Assembly (NCBI GenBank): GCA_013334765.1
Contig: JAAXWW010000002.1
Location: 21,453-85,452 of the forward strand
Direction: 5' to 3'
DNA length: 64,000 bases
From: Candidatus Moraniibacteriota bacterium
GTDB taxonomy: Bacteria; Patescibacteriota; Minisyncoccia; Moranbacterales; UBA2206
The notes under the pieces are model-generated. The model was not told the DNA's origin. It saw nothing but the letters and a program-made list of their open reading frames with translations, and did no database searches. The stretch's first letter is position 1; each line of letters begins with the position of its first letter. Shown piece after piece: positions 58,607-64,000 of the stretch. The position numbers were made by a program, and so were the translations under genes.

Positions 58607-59545
58607 TTAGGCTTCTGTGATTTCTTTTATCGAATAGTTCATGCGGTTCATGCTTTTGTAGTAGTTCTTGACCAGGATATCGGACAGGATTCCGGAAACG
58701 AACAGCTGGATTCCGACGACGATAAGGAGCACTCCGACCAGCGGCCAGATCTTTTCGGAAATGGAAGCTTGGAAAACGATCTTGTCGATGGCCATCCAAA
58801 GGAGAATCAAGCTTCCGATGAGCGAGAGGAAGATGCCGGTTCCGCCGAAAAGATGCAGCGAGCGGTTGGAATATTTCCGCCAGAACCAAATGGAAATCAT
58901 GTCGACAAAGCCTTTGACAGCGCGTCTCCAATTGTATTTCGTCACGCCGTGCATCCTGGCTCGGTGATTGACTTTCACTTCCCCGACGCTATACCCTTGA
59001 AGCTCGAGAAGGGCCGGGATGAAGCGATGCATTTCCCCAAAAAGATCGACTTCCTTGAAACATTCCCGCTTGTATGCTTTCAAGCTGCAGCCGCTGTCGT
59101 GGATCTTGTCCTGAATAAGGACCTTCCTGAGAAGATTGGCGCCGCGCGAAAAGAATTTCTTGGAAAAAGTATCCTTCCTTTTGAATCTCCAGCCGGAGAC
59201 GATATCATATCCGCCCTCTTCCATTTCCTTGATGAGCAGCCCGATGTCGTTGGGATCATTCTGGAGATCTCCGTCCATCGTGACAACCACTTCTCCGGTC
59301 GATGCCTTGATGCCGGCATCGAAGGCGGCGGTCTGTCCGAAATTCTTGCGGAACCTTATGAGCCGGAGCGGCGTGAGGCCTTTGCATTCCTCGACTGTCT
59401 TGTCGCTCGAACCGTCATCGATGAAAACTATCTCGTATGACCTTCCCAATTTCTTGCAGGCGTTATTGATCTGCTTGTGGAGTTCTATGACATTCCCCTC
59501 TTCGTTGTAAAGCGGAACGACCACGGATAAGAACTTTCCTTCCAT
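58607..59545 (-). CDS. polyprenyl-phosphate sugar synthase-type GT2 (ArnC/GtrB/DPM1-like) with C-terminal TM helices
   Basis: LSVVVPLYNEEGN...FIDDGSSDKT...MDGDLQNDP plus two C-terminal TM helices. Confidence 0.8.
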   Translation of the reverse strand: MEGKFLSVVVPLYNEEGNVIELHKQINNACKKLGRSYEIVFIDDGSSDKTVEECKGLTPLRLIRFRKNFGQTAAFDAGIKASTGEVVVTMDGDLQNDPNDIGLLIKEMEEGGYDIVSGWRFKRKDTFSKKFFSRGANLLRKVLIQDKIHDSGCSLKAYKRECFKEVDLFGEMHRFIPALLELQGYSVGEVKVNHRARMHGVTKYNWRRAVKGFVDMISIWFWRKYSNRSLHLFGGTGIFLSLIGSLILLWMAIDKIVFQASISEKIWPLVGVLLIVVGIQLFVSGILSDILVKNYYKSMNRMNYSIKEITEA

Positions 59546-59607
59546 GTGTTTTTAAGATAAATGATTATGGCCGACTCATATAATGTTAGTATAAAAGGCG
59601 GAAAATA

Positions 59608-59910
59608 TCAATTATTCCCGTCTTTTTCGTTCCTCAGCTCACGAATCGCCATCATGACAGTGAAAATCAGGAAATAATAGGCATAGATAGCGGTCTGTTC
59701 GGCAATATCCCTCCTTTCAGTCATCAGGAAAAAAGGGGTGGCGACAAGCAGCGCTATCGCTCCTGAAGCGAAGATCCGGCTCGGAAGCGGATGCAGTATT
59801 ATCCATACGAACAGCGTAAAGAAGACAGTATCCAGCCAGGCCCATTGGAAATGGACGCCCATCGCGACCGCCGCTGCCAGGAATATCAAGTTGATGATTT
59901 TCTTTTTCAT
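59608..59910 (-). CDS. small polytopic membrane protein (100 aa)
   Basis: Three hydrophobic helices. Downstream of the GT2 gene. GtrA-like role is possible but not demonstrated. Confidence 0.35.
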   Translation of the reverse strand: MKKKIINLIFLAAAVAMGVHFQWAWLDTVFFTLFVWIILHPLPSRIFASGAIALLVATPFFLMTERRDIAEQTAIYAYYFLIFTVMMAIRELRNEKDGNN

Positions 59911-59914
59911 ATGG

Positions 59915-61576
59915 TTATTTCCTATTGAACCCGGCTGTGAATTTCAGATTCTTGAGCCCGAAATATTTGGATTTCTGCGGGCTGTCCGGGTCATATGCGA
60001 TTTTCAGGTATACGTCTTTCGAGCTTGTCGAGACTTGCGAAGCGAAATCGAATTCCTGAAGCTGAGCCCCGGCTGTTCCCGAAGCGGTATCTGAAACCGA
60101 GTTGTCGGTATCGTCCGCTTGCGAATCACCCGCGGATTGATCAGAGCTGTCGGGTTCTTGACTGCTATCATCTTCCGAGGAAACATCAGTGTCCGACTGG
60201 TCACCTATCCCAGCAACCTCAGCACTTGGGATTTCCTGCCAATTCAAGTTGTCGAAAGAATAATAGGCTTTGACGCTGTTCCAGCCCGCCCTCGCCTGTT
60301 CAGCCTGGAAGGAAATGGCAAAAATAGGATGCCCCGCGTGGAAACGATAGACATATTCGCTGCCTGGTTTGGACGAACCGATGATTATCTTCTTGCTGCT
60401 ATCAAAACTCGCTCCTTTGGAGGAATCCAGATCAGCCATGTCCATGAATGTCCCAGAGGTCGCGTATGCATACATGCCTTTTCTTTTTCCTGAATCTTCG
60501 ATGCTGGCGCCGGAAAGCAGTTTCTGTCCGTCGTATTCCTCGAACCCGGCACCGTATGTCGCGAAGAACAGGTCCCCGTCTATCTTATAGAAATTCTTCC
60601 CCTGTTTCATGAAGGCGCTGCCGTCCGAATAGGCGCTCTCTTTTTTCGAACCGAGAAGCACCAGATGATTGGAATCGCTGACATCCACTTTGGAATTGTC
60701 TATGCCTATCATATACAATTTCCCTTTTTCAATAGGCCCATAGAGAGGGAAACGGAAAGATCCGTCATCCTGGCGGTATTTGTCCAGATCGCTCCCGACA
60801 GAAAACCTCACCTCGGCAATAGCGGAACTTATATCGTCCACATTGACTCCGTCATAATCGGCTTCTTTCAAGAACAGGGAATATTCGCGCGATCCGGGAT
60901 CGAGGCCTTTGACGATATTCATCTTGAGCGAAACGCCTGAGAGATAGTCGCTGTCAGCCTTGAACACCTGGCCGATGACCGTCTTCGGGCTCTTGAGCCA
61001 TGGGAATTCATAGGAAGAATCCTTCGTCTCGGATTGATCGACAAGCGTCGTGTCGACATTCCCGAAAACGGTCGGCAGAAGAGCGGCGAATTCCGCATCG
61101 CTTGAAATTCCGAGCTGAGACAGCTTGACGCTTTTTATGAAAACGCCAGCTCCGTCTTTCGGATCGTTTTTCTCGAAAACGACATTCGGGTATGTGCCGT
61201 CCACCTGGAAGAGTATTTCCTTGTTCCGATATTCGCCCGATGGGGCCAGGTCGAAATCCTGCAAGCCTTGGTCCTTCTCGGAATAGGTGGCCATCTTGAC
61301 CGCGACATGCGTTTCCTTGTCAGTTTTCAGCTGATATGTCAGCCGATAATAGCCGGCGTTTCTGTCTTTCAGGATATCGTCGACATAATAGAAAGGGTTC
61401 TCGTCGCTGAGATTCGGCACATCGGCAACCTTGGCGCATTTGCCGGAAGTGCAGTCTTCCGTCTTGATCGTCTGGGTCGTGAACAGTCCTTGGCTTATGG
61501 AAAAAGCCAAAACCAAAACGATGACAGCCAGGATATGCCGGGTATATTCTTTCAGAAATTGTCTCATTGTTCCCAT
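59915..61576 (-). CDS. large membrane-anchored extracellular protein with acidic Ser/Asp-rich linker
   Basis: N-terminal TM. About 450-aa ecto-domain. D/S-rich low-complexity segment near the C-terminus. Start chosen downstream of the overlap with the next gene. Confidence 0.45.
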   Translation of the reverse strand: MGTMRQFLKEYTRHILAVIVLVLAFSISQGLFTTQTIKTEDCTSGKCAKVADVPNLSDENPFYYVDDILKDRNAGYYRLTYQLKTDKETHVAVKMATYSEKDQGLQDFDLAPSGEYRNKEILFQVDGTYPNVVFEKNDPKDGAGVFIKSVKLSQLGISSDAEFAALLPTVFGNVDTTLVDQSETKDSSYEFPWLKSPKTVIGQVFKADSDYLSGVSLKMNIVKGLDPGSREYSLFLKEADYDGVNVDDISSAIAEVRFSVGSDLDKYRQDDGSFRFPLYGPIEKGKLYMIGIDNSKVDVSDSNHLVLLGSKKESAYSDGSAFMKQGKNFYKIDGDLFFATYGAGFEEYDGQKLLSGASIEDSGKRKGMYAYATSGTFMDMADLDSSKGASFDSSKKIIIGSSKPGSEYVYRFHAGHPIFAISFQAEQARAGWNSVKAYYSFDNLNWQEIPSAEVAGIGDQSDTDVSSEDDSSQEPDSSDQSAGDSQADDTDNSVSDTASGTAGAQLQEFDFASQVSTSSKDVYLKIAYDPDSPQKSKYFGLKNLKFTAGFNRK

Positions 61577-61577
61577 G

Positions 61578-63683
61578 TCATTCATTATGCCTTTTTTTAG
61601 CGTCGAGGACAAGAAAAGCGGCAGTTGTCAGAAAAGCCGCTACCATGGCGATGATGCCGAGGTTGAGATAGGCTTGGGGTTTGAAAAAAATAGTCAGCCG
61701 GATATCTATGCTTCCGTCGCTGTTCATGGAATAGCTTCCGGATGGAAATTTTTTCTTCACATATTCCGGATCGATCAGGAATGAATTGAGTTTGGCGTCG
61801 TTTTGGAAGTGATCGGCATCAGGAAGAAAATAATCGCTTTTCGCGATAGCATCCATCCAGCTGATGCCGTCCGCGCCCAGTTTCCAATCAGGATGATAGG
61901 CTTCGGAAAAATTGAGCCAGACAGGATTCCTGACATCCTTGATGGTGAGCGAATATCGAACCGGGCTTTTTTGGACATACTCGACAGCCTGAAACGGCAG
62001 ATTCCTGTGAACGGTTTCCATCCGATCGGTCGCATAGATATGCGGGCGATAATCCGGGTTCTCGAAAATTTCACTTTTTTCCAAATCGACACCGCTATCA
62101 ACAAGCCCCGAGACACTGCTTGCGCTATCGACATACAGCCCGCCTTTTTTTTCTGCGATAACATATTTTACGGAACTGATATCGAGGATGTTCTTGAAAT
62201 ACGGCAGATTGAAAGTATGGATTATTCTTTCTCTTCTGCTAGCATCATCGCCCTGCCCGTAATTCTTGGAAAAGCTGCCCCAATCCCCTTTCTCCATTTC
62301 AACCATATTCATTTTAGGGTGCCGATTGCTATAGGTCGAAAAAATAGATTCCGAAGGAACCATGAGCGTCCGATAGAAATCATCTTTGCTGTTCACGATC
62401 TCCCGTATGGCAAGATCCTCAGCCGACGGATTCTTCGGCACGAACATAGTCCCGATCTTTCCAGTAAGGATTGACTGAGCGTTCCACAGGAACAATCCCG
62501 AAACGAAAACCGCGACGGCATATTTTCCCCAGGACGCAAATCGGCTCCCTTTGCGGCTTTCAATGATCCAGGAAACGAAAGATCCGATCAGAATGGAATA
62601 TCCCATGGCGATCAGAACGAAGAATTTGCTGGCTTCGCGGAAAGCTCCGAATCCGGGAACGCTGTCATGCAGCCAGAGATAGAAATGACTGAAAGGCTCA
62701 GCGGTCTGCTTAGTGAGGACTATTCCGATCATCGAAACTATCGCAAAAAAAACGACGTTCCTGTTTTTCCTTCCGAACCAAAGTCCGCAGGATGCGAAGA
62801 CCGGAACGAGCCAGAAATACAGAGGGATGGATTGCTCTTCGAACCAGAGCGGGACCGCTCCGGTCCAGAAAGGATGGAACAGCGTCATGGCGCGCGGAAG
62901 ATCCAACGAGAAATCGATGATATCCCTTGAAAGGACATCATTGGCAGCGAGCGATCCCATCTTGGCGAAAGCCAGGATCCAATAGAGATTGAAAAGGATC
63001 GTGAGAAGAGCGAAAACCGAAAGGCTCGCCAGCGCTTTTTTGAAATGATTTTCTTTCTGCTCCGTGGCGATCGAAAAAAGGAAATAGAAAAAAACGATGA
63101 AGCCCAGGATATATGCGACTCGGAAATCATATGACCCGACAACGAAAAACGAGAGCGCCGAGAGCGCCGAAAAAGCGATTCTTGATTCTTCCAATGCCTT
63201 GATGAAGAACAAGATGACCAGCGGCGCAAATGATCCGGCAACAGACAAGGAAAAATGGCCCTGTGTGTTTATGGCCAAGAAATAGGTATTGAAAGAATAG
63301 GCTATGGCGGCAACGATGGCGCCGATGTCGTTTTTGAGAATTCTTCTGCCCAAAAAGAAGCTGGCGAGCGGCGTCACGAAGATGAACGGCCAGAAAATGA
63401 AGAACTTGTCCGCCACATTGGAAGGAAATCCGAAATGTCCGAAGATTCCCGGCAGGGCATCGAAAAGGAGCATCCAGATGGTGATATTGGGCGAACCGAG
63501 ACCGATGCTCCCCCGCCAGATGGAAAGGGTGAAATATTCCTTGAGCGTTTCGGGAAAACGGAACCAATAGTCGGCGAAGGAGAAGATATCGAAAGACATC
63601 CAGCGGTGATATATGACCGCGGAAATGACGATGAGCGCGACAATCGCCCAGTTTTTCTTGAAAGTGTTTTTCAGTTTTTCCAT
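61578..63683 (-). CDS. large polytopic membrane protein with C-terminal extracytoplasmic domain (YfhO/GT-C-like)
   Basis: At least 12 TM helices then a roughly 250-aa soluble domain and a final TM. Start placed at MEKLKNTF. Confidence 0.45.
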   Translation of the reverse strand: MEKLKNTFKKNWAIVALIVISAVIYHRWMSFDIFSFADYWFRFPETLKEYFTLSIWRGSIGLGSPNITIWMLLFDALPGIFGHFGFPSNVADKFFIFWPFIFVTPLASFFLGRRILKNDIGAIVAAIAYSFNTYFLAINTQGHFSLSVAGSFAPLVILFFIKALEESRIAFSALSALSFFVVGSYDFRVAYILGFIVFFYFLFSIATEQKENHFKKALASLSVFALLTILFNLYWILAFAKMGSLAANDVLSRDIIDFSLDLPRAMTLFHPFWTGAVPLWFEEQSIPLYFWLVPVFASCGLWFGRKNRNVVFFAIVSMIGIVLTKQTAEPFSHFYLWLHDSVPGFGAFREASKFFVLIAMGYSILIGSFVSWIIESRKGSRFASWGKYAVAVFVSGLFLWNAQSILTGKIGTMFVPKNPSAEDLAIREIVNSKDDFYRTLMVPSESIFSTYSNRHPKMNMVEMEKGDWGSFSKNYGQGDDASRRERIIHTFNLPYFKNILDISSVKYVIAEKKGGLYVDSASSVSGLVDSGVDLEKSEIFENPDYRPHIYATDRMETVHRNLPFQAVEYVQKSPVRYSLTIKDVRNPVWLNFSEAYHPDWKLGADGISWMDAIAKSDYFLPDADHFQNDAKLNSFLIDPEYVKKKFPSGSYSMNSDGSIDIRLTIFFKPQAYLNLGIIAMVAAFLTTAAFLVLDAKKRHNE

Positions 63684-64000
63684 GAAAAGAAGCCCGTTAT
63701 GCGATATTCCAAGGATATCACGGAAGGAAAAATTAAAAAAGGCGGCCTTCCTGTTGGAAGAACCGCCATTGAAAAAGAAAACGCGCCCTAGATTCACGCT
63801 CTCAGCTCGACATGGCATGAATGATCGTCGGAAAGCAGAACGCCGAATTGACATTCGACGTGTCTGCAAATCGACGCGATACACTTGATGACAGCCATCG
63901 CCTCTTTCGGCCTCAGTGTGCCTTCTTTAAGAAAGAGGCGCAGCGCCGCAATGACAATCCGGCAGGATAGCTCCGATCGAACCAATAGGTCATATACCTC

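Noticed and set aside
1-64000. Alternative genetic code (UGA recoding, as in some CPR lineages).
   Set aside because: Every housekeeping gene (priA, pyrG, gltX, nifS, ispG) is full length under the standard code with no in-frame TGA.

Overview
A 64 kb, low-GC, densely packed bacterial chromosome segment read with the standard genetic code; every housekeeping ORF is full length. By inference it resembles a small-genome anaerobe such as a CPR/Patescibacteria-like lineage. The left third is housekeeping: ispG, ispH, obg, groES, rhodanese, fmt, def, priA, a thpR-tagA-NUDIX-gltX-M23 peptidase operon. An unusual 1.7 kb AT-rich non-coding island follows (14254-15940). It contains a perfect hairpin, a GC-rich structured segment flanked by a promoter and a strong terminator, and a 49-aa membrane-peptide gene with canonical promoter, RBS and terminator. 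Next come the NifU-NifS-IscR Fe-S genes and an MsbA-like ABC exporter. Then an accessory-looking island of mostly monocistronic small hydrolase and binding-protein genes (SGNH, NUDIX, HD, CsaA, cupin, P-loop kinase). Three of these share a conserved element at the 3-prime end. A Cas4-like Fe-S PD-(D/E)XK nuclease with an extra C-terminal domain sits beside them with no CRISPR array or cas genes. After rpmA (alone, strong promoter), pyrG, rplI and ctpA, the right half (30.7-63.7 kb) is a roughly 33 kb cell-envelope glycosylation supercluster. It holds four paralogous 616-683 aa GT-C-like membrane glycosyltransferases (three in tandem), two polyprenyl-phosphate-sugar GT2 synthases, a flippase-like protein, five GT4 enzymes, two UDP-sugar dehydrogenases, an LCP protein and a Wzy/ligase-like protein. 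This looks like a lipid-linked monosaccharide glycosylation machinery with an expanded transferase repertoire. No rRNA, tRNA, CRISPR array, transposase or integrase was recognised.
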